This document shows, piece by piece, positions 25,905 through 38,085 of a stretch of 64,000 nucleotides of DNA. Below the pieces are notes generated by a model, which saw only the letters and a list, made by a program, of their open reading frames with translations, did not search any database and had not been told where the DNA came from. Each line of letters starts with the position of its first letter. Within the stretch, counting starts at the first letter, position 1. The stretch lies in assembly GCF_009914755.1 (NCBI RefSeq), contig NC_060944.1, one strand, 5' to 3'. The DNA comes from the human T2T-CHM13v2.0 reference genome, Homo sapiens. The position numbers and the translations under genes are program-made.

Positions 25905-26060
25905 TGTCATAGAGTCAGACAGGCGTCATGACAGCCATTCACAATCGTGGAACCTTGAGCCGGGCGGTTAACCTGTGTAAGCCTTGGTTTCTTCATCTGT
26001 AAAATGAGGGTAATGCTATCCACTCTTCAGAGCCATTGCCAGAAATATATGAATGAATGA
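25905..26060 (+). mobile_element. MIR SINE
   Basis: gccttggtttcttcatctgtaaaatgagggtaat. Confidence 0.75.
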
Positions 26061-26336
26061 CTCCAAAATGTCTCCCATATTTGCCTCTTCAACCGACGTT
26101 TAATTCCCTCTTTGCTAACAGGGAAAATGTCCCTTTACTGCTTAAGGGAGAGAGAATAAAGGCGGAAGCACCAGGTTAAGAAATTCTGATGTTTTCACGC
26201 ATTAGCTGGTGCTCCTAGCTTTCTGATTTCCATTTTCTAGATAAGGCTTTAAGGATAAATTTTTCCTTAAAATAATAAACATTCATTCTCATCATATTTG
26301 GTTCTTTTTTGTCAGTTTTTGTTTACTATTTAAAAT

Positions 26337-26389
26337 ATTAATTCTAGCTTTGCTCACCAAAAGGAAAAGATGTGCTATTGTGGTTTCAG
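26337..26389 (+). repeat. Dispersed 53-bp direct repeat, copy 2
   Basis: 51/53 identical to 24875-24927. Confidence 0.95.
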
Positions 26390-27117
26390 TAATAAAATTA
26401 TAACTACCTTCTCTCACTTTGAATTCTTGCACTGTACGCTTTCCTTATTTTTACATGAATGATGGAACCATTCACAGAGTTTGATTACAGCAGTGGGCAG
26501 GTTAGTGAGCAATTCTTCTTTTCTCTGATTTCAATTGCTTTGAAGTAGCAATAGGTGAATTGAGGAGAAAGAATAAGAAAAAACAAATATGGGTAAATAA
26601 AGGTAGAATATAAGTGTTCAAGAGAGAATACAGGTTATTTATATTGTGCCCTTTTATCTGAATACACTACAAGAAAAAAAAAGTTCTGCACTTAAAAAAA
26701 TGGATTTGAAGGCTCAATACCTGTGGCTAAATAGAAAGTATATGAAATATTATAAACTAAAAATAATGTCTTCAATGTGTATGCCATTTCCAGTGTGTAC
26801 AATGCTTTTATACGTGCCAGCCTATTTTTCTTCTAAATGGTTCTGTCTGCTCAGTGTCATTCACTCCCTCATTGATGAAAATTCTGACACTTGCAGGTAA
26901 AATAGCTTTCTCCATAGCCAGGTAGCAGTGCTGGCAAGAACCTAGATGTTTTCACCCCAACCCTATGTCTTCTCCAAGAACCACAGCTGCTTTCCAAACA
27001 CCAGGATGGTCATTCTCACTCTCCAGGGTTTTAAGATGTGCCTGATGTCTGGTGCCCTGTCTTGGAGGAACATGTAAAAGGGAGAAGGCATGTCCCTGTG
27101 ATCTGCTATTTCTTATT

Positions 27118-27342
27118 CCAGAGTTCCACAACCTTGACGCTACTGATACCTGGCAGATAGTGGGCTGAATAATTCTTTGTTGTGAGGAGCTGGTCTCTGC
27201 ACTGTGGGATTTTTAGCAACAATCCTGGTCTCCACCCAATAGATGCCATTAACACCTTCACCCAGTTGTGACAACCAAAAGTGTCTCTAGACATCACCAC
27301 ATGTCCCATATGTTACAGAACTGTCCTAGCTGACAACCATTG
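27118..27342 (-). mobile_element. MER20
   Basis: ataattctttgttgtgagg...tagatgcca...cccagttgtgacaaccaaaagtgtctctagacat. Confidence 0.9.
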
Positions 27343-29129
27343 CCTTATCCTGCTCAGAATATTACTTATAATTACACGTTATCACTTTTTACTGTTTAAT
27401 TACTTGTTTTATGTTTTGATGAAAAATTAAGAACTTTCTTGCAATTTAAGTCATCTCTCCAAGTTTTGAGAGAAAAGAAAATACAAAACTTTTGCAAACC
27501 TGGCATACCAAGAGTAAATAACAATTATGCCATATGGGTTTATGTCTGGGTACAGAATTTTTACAAATATATTTCAGATTCAAATTGTTCAAAAATATCT
27601 GTCTAATGATATGTAGTTTCAGAGTAAACACTTCATTTTTCTTCTAAATGAGCATTCAGTTTGTAGAAATGGAGAACTAATGTATTTTCTGCTGCCAAAA
27701 ACAATCTCCATGGTATTCAGAGACCCTTGTTGATTACTTTTTAGCTACATAATGTTTACATTATTCAAACCAAAAATACCAAAATGATGGGTGTATGGAT
27801 CATCTTGGATTTGCTTTCTTATCTGGCTTTCAAATCCAGTTTCCTGTGTAATCACAACATAAAAGGAGAGATAACTTGATAAAATGGAGAATTGATTGTA
27901 GGTAGCTTGCCTCAGTAACCCAATTCCTACTGAAAGGAGCAAAGAAATGAAAAACTGGGGGAAATGACAGTAGCATTAAAAAGGAAAGTATCTCTTCATG
28001 GCACAAAATAGAGGACTTTCTGCTGGATGACGTGCATGTGAGACCGCCTTCGAGGAAGACAGGGAGGGGCCAGACTGCAGCCAAGGAACTAGAGAAGGCC
28101 GGATAGGCCAAGGGGAATGGAACGAAGAGACCCCATGTGTGACAGCAGCAATCTGGGAGGGAGTTTCTGCAGGAGCCGCGGATAGTCCACCTGGGCCGTC
28201 TGGGTGGTCAGCCCCCAAATGCAAAGGAAGGAAGAGCAGGGCTGTCACTTGACTCTTGGTGGCAGCTCCAAAAAGGCAATGGTGCCTGCTCACCAACCAG
28301 GAATGAAGACCTTCCAATCAAAAAACAAGACAAGAAAAGCTGCCCCTGATGAATCATTTTCAGGAAACACAGAGAAGTCATTACACACCCAGAAGATTTT
28401 CCCACTGGGGCCCCTCTCAGCCTCGTGAATCGCTCTGGCATGTGATCAAGAGAAAGAATTCCAACAAAATCCAGGATGACACTAAAACAATGTGAAGAAA
28501 TTCAGGTATCAACACTGTTTGGGGGAAAATATCCTAGATTGAAAGAGACCACCTCTTACTTAATGATGTCTAAATTTAAACAGTGACCCACGCCGGAGTT
28601 CTTGACATGGCTCTCAACACCGTTATGGAAATTGCAGTTCATGCAACGACTGATTGATTGGTTGATTGATTTGCCTATCTGGAAAGCCAAGAAAGTCAGC
28701 TGAAAACAGAAGAGAAGCAAGAAAGATCTCTAAGATGGGGATATTTACAAATAACATTTAAAACACAATAGCCATTTAATATCAACTGCATGCCAGGCAC
28801 CGTGCTAAATATGTTTTTTAATCTCTTTTAATTAAATTCTACTTCTTGCTAGCTGTGTAAACTTACACAATTTATTTAACCTCTCTGGGTCAGTACATCA
28901 TCGATTCTTTTGTATTTGTTGACACTCGCTGTGCAGCTTAGAATACACTGAGTGTATTTTCAAGCCATCCGTCTTGAAAAGTGTGTATATGCTCCACCTG
29001 TTACTGTCAGCAACCCACGACCTCCACCAAATTGTGATGGGCACATTGCCATAAATTGTATTGTTATCCATACTCATGTGTTGTAATCACATTAACTGAT
29101 CATTTTTTGCATTGTGTGTTACTTTCGTT

Positions 29130-29870
29130 AGTACTGCAGATTTGTCATTTTGTTTCTGTCAATATTTGGTTTACTTATTATGAAGCGATGTTATTTGGTG
29201 AATACAAATTCAGGATTTTTTATATTCATGGTGAATTTTCTCCTTTCCCATGATGTAACAAAACTCTTCATCCGAACAATCCCTTTACCCTAAAGCCCTC
29301 TGTGTGTTGTTCACATGGCTACCTCAGTTTTCTTTTGCTTTGTATGGTATTATACATCTTTTTAAATCCTTTAACTTTCAGTCTTTTTTTTTACCTTATA
29401 TGTTAAATTTCTTTCTTGTAAATAGCATATTGTTGGATGTCTCAAAATGCAAACTGAAAATTCCTCACTTTTAACCGAACAATAAAATTTATTTTTGCTG
29501 ATTATGATTTTTAAAATATTTGAATTTGTTTGCACAATGTTAATGTCTTAATGATTCTTCTTCTTCCTATGTCATAGTAAATTGAGGAGTCTTCATTTCT
29601 TTTATCTTTTTCTGTTTTTTCTTTTTTTTACCCTTACATCAGATTTGGATGTTTTGCCTTCTATTTCTATCCCTTTATTGGGAACTCTTAAAAATTTAAT
29701 GCTAGGTATTTAACTTTCAAAGTCTAAAATTAATAAATATTTATATTCTTTTTTCAAAGAACATGTAGACTTTAGAACTCTTTAACTCTGATCATTCACT
29801 CTTAAATCTCCCTTGTTCTTGCTATGTGGTATTTAGTTTCCACCTTCTTTGTAAGCCACCCACATTAGGC
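29130..29870 (-). mobile_element. Old L1M fragment (ORF2 endonuclease region)
   Basis: tatgaagcgatgttatttggtgaatacaaattcagga...ggctacctcagttttctttt...tttcttgtaaatagcatattgttggat. Confidence 0.7.
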
Positions 29871-29879
29871 AGTTTCTCA

Positions 29880-30420
29880 GGATGCACCTCAGGAGATGAA
29901 AAATAAGAAGTAGAAATTATGAGACCAGGAAGGTAAAATGAGAAGGTTCAAAAATACATAATAAGACTTTAGGCATGACAAAAAAGAGAATGAAGAAAAA
30001 GCAGCCATCAGAAAGATAATCTTCAAAAATTTCCAGAACTGAAAAACAAAAGTCTATACATTTTTGAAGCACAATAAGCCTCGTACAACGTAAATAATAT
30101 CAGTCCCAATTAATCTGATTGTAAAGAAACAGTGGGATCCCAAAGATAACAAGGAAATCTCAAAAGCAGTCATAAGAAAAATAGGTTACTTAAAAAAATA
30201 ACAATTAATTGTCAGAGGTTGTTTTTAATCAAGCACAAGAGAAGCTAGAAGAGAATAAAAACTTCAGATTGCTAAACAATAAACATTTATCAATCTATAC
30301 CCAGATAAACTATTAATCAAGATAAGGGTAAATAAAGAAACTTTCAGATATAAAGAAATTAAGAGTTTTACATTTACAGATTATCATCAAAAGAATGACC
30401 AAAAGATTAGATTTTTCAGC
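29880..30420 (+). mobile_element. L1M/HAL1 ORF1-like remnant
   Basis: aaaatttccagaactgaa, gaaatctcaaaagc, gaagctagaaga, tctatacccagataaactattaatcaag. Confidence 0.65.
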
Positions 30421-30619
30421 ATAATCTGTGTATTACTATGATTACAAATTAAATCTGAGGTCTCGATGGATTAAATAAAAACCCACAAAGGTTTCTTTTC
30501 TTGCCCTGATTGCACTGGCCAGGACAGAACCAACACGCTTTATTTTTCTGCTCACATAAAGTCTACTGTAGGTTGAGCAACTCTCTCAGTTCACAGAAAA
30601 GGAACTCAAATACATTAAT

Positions 30620-31230
30620 ACTCAAATGAGTAATTTCTGAATATAGACCCTGAAGAGCATCATACACATGCACAAGAAGATGGTGTACATATATTTATTG
30701 TTGCATTTCTAAATAATACGAACACATTGAAAGCAATTTTTAAAAAGCCTATAAATTAAGAAATGGATACAAATTGGGGCATACCATGAAATACCACAGA
30801 GCAGGAGTTGACATACTCCATATGGCTTATAAGATCTGAAATATTTACTGTCCAGTTCTTCTAGAGAAAGTTTGCCAACCCCTGGGATAAAGCACTTAAA
30901 GTGTATCAGTGTAGATATATCTAAAAACATATAAAATTATCATTTAGCCTAGAAGAAAATGTGAAATTCAAAAGGATATGTACAACTCGAGACACTGTGT
31001 TTTATTTAAATATGAAGCACACAAAACAGTGACATGCATACATGTACCTGTATATTAAAAAAAGACAGAATCCTAAAGAGGAAAGCTCTGTATAAACGTC
31101 AGAGCCCTGGCTACCTCCACAGAGGGCAGGGAAAGGAATGAGTAGGGGAGAGGTGGGAATGGCAGCAATATATTCATCAACACTGGTTGCTCTTCAAAGT
31201 CTAAGTGTTAACATTTGTTAAAATTCTGTG
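30620..31230 (+). mobile_element. L1ME-like 3' remnant with a MER58-like fragment (about 30800-30886)
   Basis: acacatgcacaagaagat...atttattgttgcatt...gaaatggatacaaatt; MER58 end aaatatttactgtccagttctt...aaagtttgccaacccctg. Confidence 0.6.
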
Positions 31231-31234
31231 TTTT

Positions 31235-31352
31235 GGCCAGGCGTGGTGACTCACACCTGTAATCCTAGCACTTTGGGAGGCTGAGACAGGTGGATCACCT
31301 GAAGTCGGGAGTTCGAGACCAGCCTGACCAACATGGAGAAACCCCGTTTCTC
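31235..31352 (+). mobile_element. AluSp-like left monomer only
   Basis: gtcgggagttcgagaccagcctgaccaacatggagaaacccc (Sp diagnostics); ends before the middle A tract. Confidence 0.9.
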
Positions 31353-31660
31353 CTTTAAGTTCTGGGATACATGTGCAGAATGTGTAGGTTTGTTACATAG
31401 GTATACATGTGCCATGGTGGTTTGCTGTACTTATCAACCTGTCATCTAGGTTTTAAGCCCCGCATGCATTAGGTATTTGTCCTAATGCTCTCCCTCCCCT
31501 TACCCCTCAGCCGCCAACAGGCCCCGGTGTGTGATGTTCCCCTCCCTGTGTCCATGTGTTCTCATTGTTCAACTCCCACTTACGAGTGAGAACGTGCGGC
31601 GTTTGGTTTCCTGTTCCTGTGTTAGTTTGCTGAGGATGATGGCTTCCAGCTTCATTCACA
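31353..31660 (-). mobile_element. L1PA8-like 3' end lacking poly(A)
   Basis: ctttaagttctgggatacatgtgcagaa...taggttttaagccccgcatgcattaggtatttgtcctaatgctctccc. Confidence 0.9.
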
Positions 31661-31739
31661 CATTGATTTTTAAAGGAGCAAACTTTTCACACATGAATGA
31701 TGTCTTAAGACGGCACCTCTTCACGTCAAGGATGTGGGA

Positions 31740-31960
31740 CTATGACCCCTTCAGTGTCCCATGCATTCCATTGTGGACTGTATTATCTGTCTCCTTGTGT
31801 TCTCATTCCCCAACCACTGCTGCCGCCACTCATAAGCCAGATGATAAGCCCTCTGCAGGCAGGATCCATGTCTTTCTCCACCTTTGAATCCTTGGTGCCT
31901 GTCACTGTACCCAGGACTACCTGGCTATTTATCACATCATTGCTGCAATAAATGCCTGAC
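31740..31960 (+). mobile_element. L2 3' end
   Basis: taagccctctgcaggcaggatccatgtct...tttgaatccttggtgcct...caataaatg. Confidence 0.65.
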
Positions 31961-32931
31961 TCTATGTTCTCCGTGTTAGGCTTAAAATATTGATTTTTAA
32001 AATGTCAGTTGTACAGAAAAAAAAAAGTACTCCAACAATCTGGTGCTTTCCATCCCCAAAGTTTAGAACTCTGGTGAACTCTCAAAGGAGACAGACTTGA
32101 GTAGAAGAATAGAAATAAGATCTTCATTTCCCAATACGGGAGCACATGTTGGAGACATTTTAACGTCAAACAGGTCAATCAGGATATAATTGCCTCTGAG
32201 AGACACTCAAGAAATCAGAGACATTCTTTACCTGGAGCTGAGTGCCACTTGAAAAGATGACAGCCTTTCACGCGTTTGAAAACATCAAAGACAATCAAAG
32301 CACCAGCTCCAAACCTGATCCTCACAATCCAACACCAGCCTACGAGTCAGGAATGAAGGCAGCAGCAACAGGAGAAAAACCACATTGCATACGTAAATCT
32401 AAGTCACAGGAAACACAAATCCCAGAGACAACCTCAGTTATGTGGCCCTCTAGTTGGACTCGGAATGGTTCTGACCAACACTGGGTTCAGTGTGGCCGAA
32501 TTTACATGGAGGGTGGGTTTGCAGCAGAGGATGCCATCTCTGTGGGCTTTCAGAGGCATTGAAGAAGGAGATCCTTTTCCCTCCCTGGGGTTCCAAGAAA
32601 ACACTCTCTTGGGTTGACTTTACATTTTACAAGTAAATGCAAATAATACCTGGAAGAGATAACACTCTTTTTTCAGATCAAACATTAACACTTAATTTGA
32701 ATTAACTTTAGCAGTTGAGGAGCATTGAGACCATTATGAAATAATGCTATTTCTCTGGTTAAAGCTGGTTCTTACTTCCAATGACATGTTTTGGAACACG
32801 CTCGTCGATGGACAAACACATGTGTCCTTCCTTCGAGATTAAACAGTTTGAGTTAGTCTTAAGTTTGTCTTCTCCATTGTTGTTTGGCAAGAAAACTTGC
32901 TACCTCCTTTCAGAAAACAATGTGTCAATGC

Positions 32932-33620
32932 ATTTTTAATTAAAGTCTTATTTTGAGATAATTATAGATTCACGTATTTATAAGAAATAATGCAAAAAGA
33001 TCCTACATACTCTACCCAGTTTCCCCCAATTATAATATCTTACAAAACTATGGTACAAACTCACAATGAGGATATTGGCATTAGTACAGTCAAGACACAG
33101 AACATTTTCATCAATACAAGAATCCTTTATTCTGTCCTCTTATAGCCACACCCACGTCCTCCCACAAGCCTCATCCGTGTGACCACAATTCTGTTCTCCA
33201 TCTCCAAATGTTATCACTTTAAGAATGTTATGTAAATGGAAATACAGTATGCCATCTTTTGAGACTGGCTTTTTTCACACAACAGAATTCCCTTGAGATT
33301 CCCCTCTCAATTCTTGTTCCTATCAATTGCTTGTTCCTTTTGATTGCTGAGTAATATTCCACAAGATGGATTACACTGCAGTTTGTTTAAACTTTCATCT
33401 CCTGAAGGAGATCTAGGTTGTTTACACTTTTTGGCTATTACAAATGAAGCTGTTATGAACATTCATGTACAGGATTTTATGTAAACCTGGGATAAATGTC
33501 CAAGAGTACAATTGCTGTGTTGTATGGTAGCTGCATGTTCACTTTTATAAGAAATTGCTGAACTATTTTTCAAAGTGGCTGTACCATTTTACATCTCCAC
33601 ATGCAGTATATGAGTGTGTC
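32932..33620 (-). mobile_element. L1MC-like 3' end
   Basis: ttattttgagataattatagattcac...tacccagtttcccccaat...tacagtcaagacacagaacattt...ttttcaaagtggctgtaccattttacat. Confidence 0.88.
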
Positions 33621-33997
33621 AATGTATTTTATGAAATATGTAAACCCTTATGCCCCTTAACTAATAATTACCCTTTAGGGAATCTATCCTCTAAGGATAG
33701 CTCAACATATAGAAACATACATGTGTGTGTGTCTGTGTGTGCTTTATATAGCCTATTTTTTGACTTTAAGGAAAGCTAAAGGGTAAGCTAGATGGGATTT
33801 TATATTTAAGCCTAGAAGAAAAACATGTTAAAATTGTATTTATGGAAAAATATAATCAAGTGGAAAAACACATTGCCCTATGTTTCTCAGGCAACAGTGC
33901 TTCTAATATGCCTATTTGTTTTGAACATATGGTTATATCCTTCACACCACTGTACACACTTGCTCTCCAGGGAGAAAAATAGGTCTAGAGCATTGGC

Positions 33998-34076
33998 TTA
34001 ACCAACAGAAGGTTAACCAGCAGAACCTTAACCAACAGAAGGTTAACCAACAGAACCTTAACCAACAGAAGGTTAA
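33998..34076 (+). repeat. 15-bp tandem repeat (5.3 copies) with a 30-bp higher-order period
   Basis: ttaaccaacagaaGG and ttaaccaacagaaCC alternate strictly. Confidence 0.96.
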
Positions 34077-34894
34077 TTAGCTGGTGAGGAGTAGGAAACC
34101 ATTAGGGCCTGCACAATTCCTTAGACTGGTAGATGGTGGTTGAGGGTCACCGAGAGGCTCTTGCATGTGTTGTCAGGAGAATGTCAGAGGTCAGCACGAG
34201 GCATAGGAGGTGACCACAGTGAGAGAAAAGGGGGCTTGGAGGAGCCTCCAGTCCACTTCACAGTTGATGGGCACCCTAGCCATGGTTGAGAATTAGCAGC
34301 TCCCTGTTTCTCAAGGCAAAACCCAAACCAAAACAAAACCTTTCCCAGAAATTACATTTTTCAAAGACTATTTGAAATAATATCACATAGACAGATAGAT
34401 TTTTTTTAAGAGAAAACAGTAACCTATCTAGCTAGCATCAAGGGGAAAAGATCTTAATAACGTTGCCTGTATCTTCAGAGTCTTTGGAGTTTGCTGCTGT
34501 TATGTTTTCAAGAAACCCAATATACAAAGAGATCAGAGCAAGTGAACACTTGGGTCTTGCATGATGTGTCTGGAGAACTGGCCTGCAGAAGTGTCAATCA
34601 AATCTTAACACAGAATTTAGTTCATTTCTAAAAGATTACAAATATGAATTGACTTCTCAATTAAATCTGTTAACCATAGAAAATAATAATAAAAAAAACA
34701 CAGCACTTCAGTTTAATTTAATTTTGACTGCCTTTTCAAATGCCAGCCATGCTGGTGGCGGGAGAGACAGAGGCGCCTCCAGAGACCACTGGGTGTGAGT
34801 CCTCAGAATCTGTGGATATCTGGAACCTTGTGGTCTTGTCACAGAGAGGGAAGGAGACATGAAAGCAACTTAAACCCTTGGGAACCATTCCTGA

Positions 34895-35385
<491 letters not shown>

Positions 35386-35604
35386 TGAGCCTTAAACACT
35401 CCCCTGGGAATGAGGACTCTCATCCCCGCTTGCAAGGCCGTGTAGGCATGACGTAAACTTCTGAATGTGGATCATTAGCTGCAGGTCCACATAGATGACA
35501 TACTGGCTGCTGCCGGGTGGCTGGTGAGATATGAGGGACTATTTCCCTGTCACGGCTGAGATTCGCCCATTGTCGGTGAGTTCATGAGGATGCCGTTTTC
35601 TTTG

Positions 35605-35900
35605 ATGCGTTCACTGATTCTGCAAGTATTTGTTGACACAGGCACAGTTCTAGGCGCTGTGGAGAGAGCAGGGAGTGAAAGGGCACCTGGCTGGTGAGGA
35701 GGGCACCCTCTGTTACAGGGAGAGATGGTAAACAATTCCTTATGCCCAGTAGGTGGGATGGACACTGGGGAGAAAGCTAGAGGGTTGTTCAGGGATAGAG
35801 AGCAAACCTGAGGGTGGAGAAGGAGGCCCTGTTAATAGTTTGTCAGGATAGGCCTCTGTGATAAGGAGATATTTAAGCACAGCCCTGAAAATGCACGGTG
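35605..35900 (-). mobile_element. L2 3' fragment
   Basis: caagtatttgttgacacaggcacagttctaggcgctg...gtcaggataggcctctgtgataaggagatatttaagc. Confidence 0.7.
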
Positions 35901-36046
35901 ACGAGGGGACACGGGAGACTATTATGGGATTGGCCAAACACACTTTTAAAAATATTTTCTGGCATCAGCTTCTGCTTGTTTCTGCTGATGAACTGGGATC
36001 CAGAAGCCGGATCTGCTCTGCCTCGGGAGTGCTCTGTGGCTTTCCT

Positions 36047-36167
36047 GTTTGCTGCTGGGAGGCCTCAGCTGCCACAGCAGTGTGCTCGGATCCTGCAGCC
36101 CTTGGGTTTGCTGTTGGGAGGCCTCAGCCGCCACAGCAGTGCACTTGGATCCTGCCTGCAGCCCTCG
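36047..36167 (+). repeat. 59-bp imperfect tandem duplication
   Basis: gtttgctgYtgggaggcctcagcYgccacagcagtgYRctYggatcctgcagccct x2. Confidence 0.92.
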
Positions 36168-37334
36168 AGGGACTTCCTCCTGGGGGCTGCCCTCCACTCC
36201 CCATCCATCTTCACTCCCTCCGGCTCCCGGACCTCTCTGTACCTGATCTCTTGTGCTTGTCTACCTGCCCATCTCCTCCAACTTGGGTCTAGACCTCCAG
36301 GGTGGGAACGTGACCTTACCCATCTTTGTTTCCTCTGGTATCTGGCTTGGTGTTTATTTCACAGTAGATCCTTCCTCAGCACAAGTTAGGTGAGTTGCTG
36401 AGGGAAAAAGAAAAGAAAAAACTAAGTAGGTTTGCCATTAAAGCAGCAAAAACAACAACAATTTATACTGACTAGCCCTTCTGCAATAACAGAGGTTTTT
36501 TCCTATTTAGACAAGACAGAAACCCACCCTAATTAGTTCGAGAAAATGGGGGGAAAGGTGGCCTATAGAAAGTGAGAATCAGGCCCATAGGGTGCTGCCA
36601 CTGGAAAGTCAGGGATTTCTACTTGTCCCCCTCCCTGCTGGTCCCAGGTCCCGCCTCCTAGTCATCATTTCCTTCCCCTATAATTCCCAGCGTGTGGGTA
36701 CCATTGGCTGGTCCGGGCAGTGCCTCGAGTCCTGATGAAGTTTTGTGACCACCTGGCTTCTTCAGGTCTCCTTGATCTCACGTTTCCAACGTTCCATCCC
36801 GGAGACAGATCTCAATGGGCTCAGGCTGGTCTGGGGTCTGCCTCTGTGCCCAGTAGCTACAGACCCTGGAGGGGACATGTTCTGTGCACAGATCTTCCTC
36901 ACAAGCTCCCTGTGATGATTTCTCTGCCTGCTCATTAGTAAGCTCCGCAGTGCCTCCTGCAGAGCTGTGCCCACAGTGCCACTGAGGGTCTAAAGTCAAG
37001 TTGGGGCTCAATAACTACTTGGAAAATATTGACTGAACGCTGAAGGTGAGAGCAGGGCAATGGTTAGAACGCCTTCCACACCCATGAAAAATGTACAATA
37101 AATGTGAAATATTTAAAATAAATAAATGTGTTTCTGTTTCCTTATCAGGGCCTGGTTTTGCACTTAGCTGCCTCCATCCATGGTTCTTCTTTCCCTGCCG
37201 TACTTTCATGAGGTGATTAACCCCAATCAGGTATCCCCGCTTTTGAATCACAGGACTAAAAAATAATTATTTTGCTGAACATTCTAAGTGAAGAACAGTG
37301 TTTGTGATTTCCATACCCTGAGATGGACACATTG

Positions 37335-37500
37335 CTGTGTGTGTCCATTTTCTGAGCCTACTTTTCTTCTCTAGACAATGGAGATGGTAATAATAATAAC
37401 AGTAGAAGTAGTAGTAGTCCTCTTGGTATACTCCATATCGTTGTTGTGAGAATTAAAGAAAATAATGTGAGCAAAGTGACCAGTGACTAGCATGGTACAA
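37335..37500 (+). mobile_element. MIR SINE fragment
   Basis: ctgagcctacttttcttctctagacaatggagatggtaataata...gttgttgtgagaattaaagaaaataatg. Confidence 0.7.
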
Positions 37501-37908
37501 AAAGAAAAAAAAATCAGCCCTAAATGGATGTTCGCTACATCTTTTGCAAATACCACCCCCGCCCCTGCTGTACTGTCATCATTGTCAGGAGCATCACCAG
37601 GGGACCAGCCCCTGCATCACCCTCTCACCCCCCACCCTCTCACCAGGTGTCTCCTAAAGGCAGCTGCAGAAAAATCGCTTGTTGTTTTCTAATGTGGACA
37701 AAAAGATTCTACAAGCTCTGTTTCTATTATTTGAGGGTAAATGTGAGAAAACGACAAGCAAAAAAAAAAAATCACTTGGAAAAAAGTTTGATTTATGTCT
37801 GCAATCATACACAGTCAACTTTTAAACTATATTCATTAGCTTGTGGAATCTCTTGTATTCCTCGGCACGTAAGACACAGTTCAGAACCCTGCAAAGACTT
37901 CAGCTCAC

Positions 37909-38085
37909 CTTGGAGATGAAATGTGAAGCATGATCAAGATGAAAGACAGTTTGCAAGAAGCATGGACACAGAAATTGTTTGCAATTTAGCCATTCTTCAT
38001 TTTGTGTGATTGGAAGTGCTAGCCCACTTACAAATGACAATAGAATAAAGAGTTTTAAACAAGCATTTTCTAGAATGTTGATTTC
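37909..38085 (-). other. Candidate internal exon (177 nt, frame-preserving) of an unidentified minus-strand transcript
   Basis: Acceptor ttttttttcctcctccag|G and donor AAG|gtgagc in non-repetitive DNA; open in phase 0; no expression evidence available. Confidence 0.3.

Noticed and set aside
27860-28600. GC-richer stretch that might be a promoter or an ancient L1/HAL1 5' UTR
   Set aside because: Too few CpGs for an island, and similarity to a HAL1/L1M 5' end is too faint to call without alignment.
33998-34076. CRISPR-like appearance of short regular repeats (also 675-884)
   Set aside because: No unique spacers, no cas genes, and the DNA is primate.
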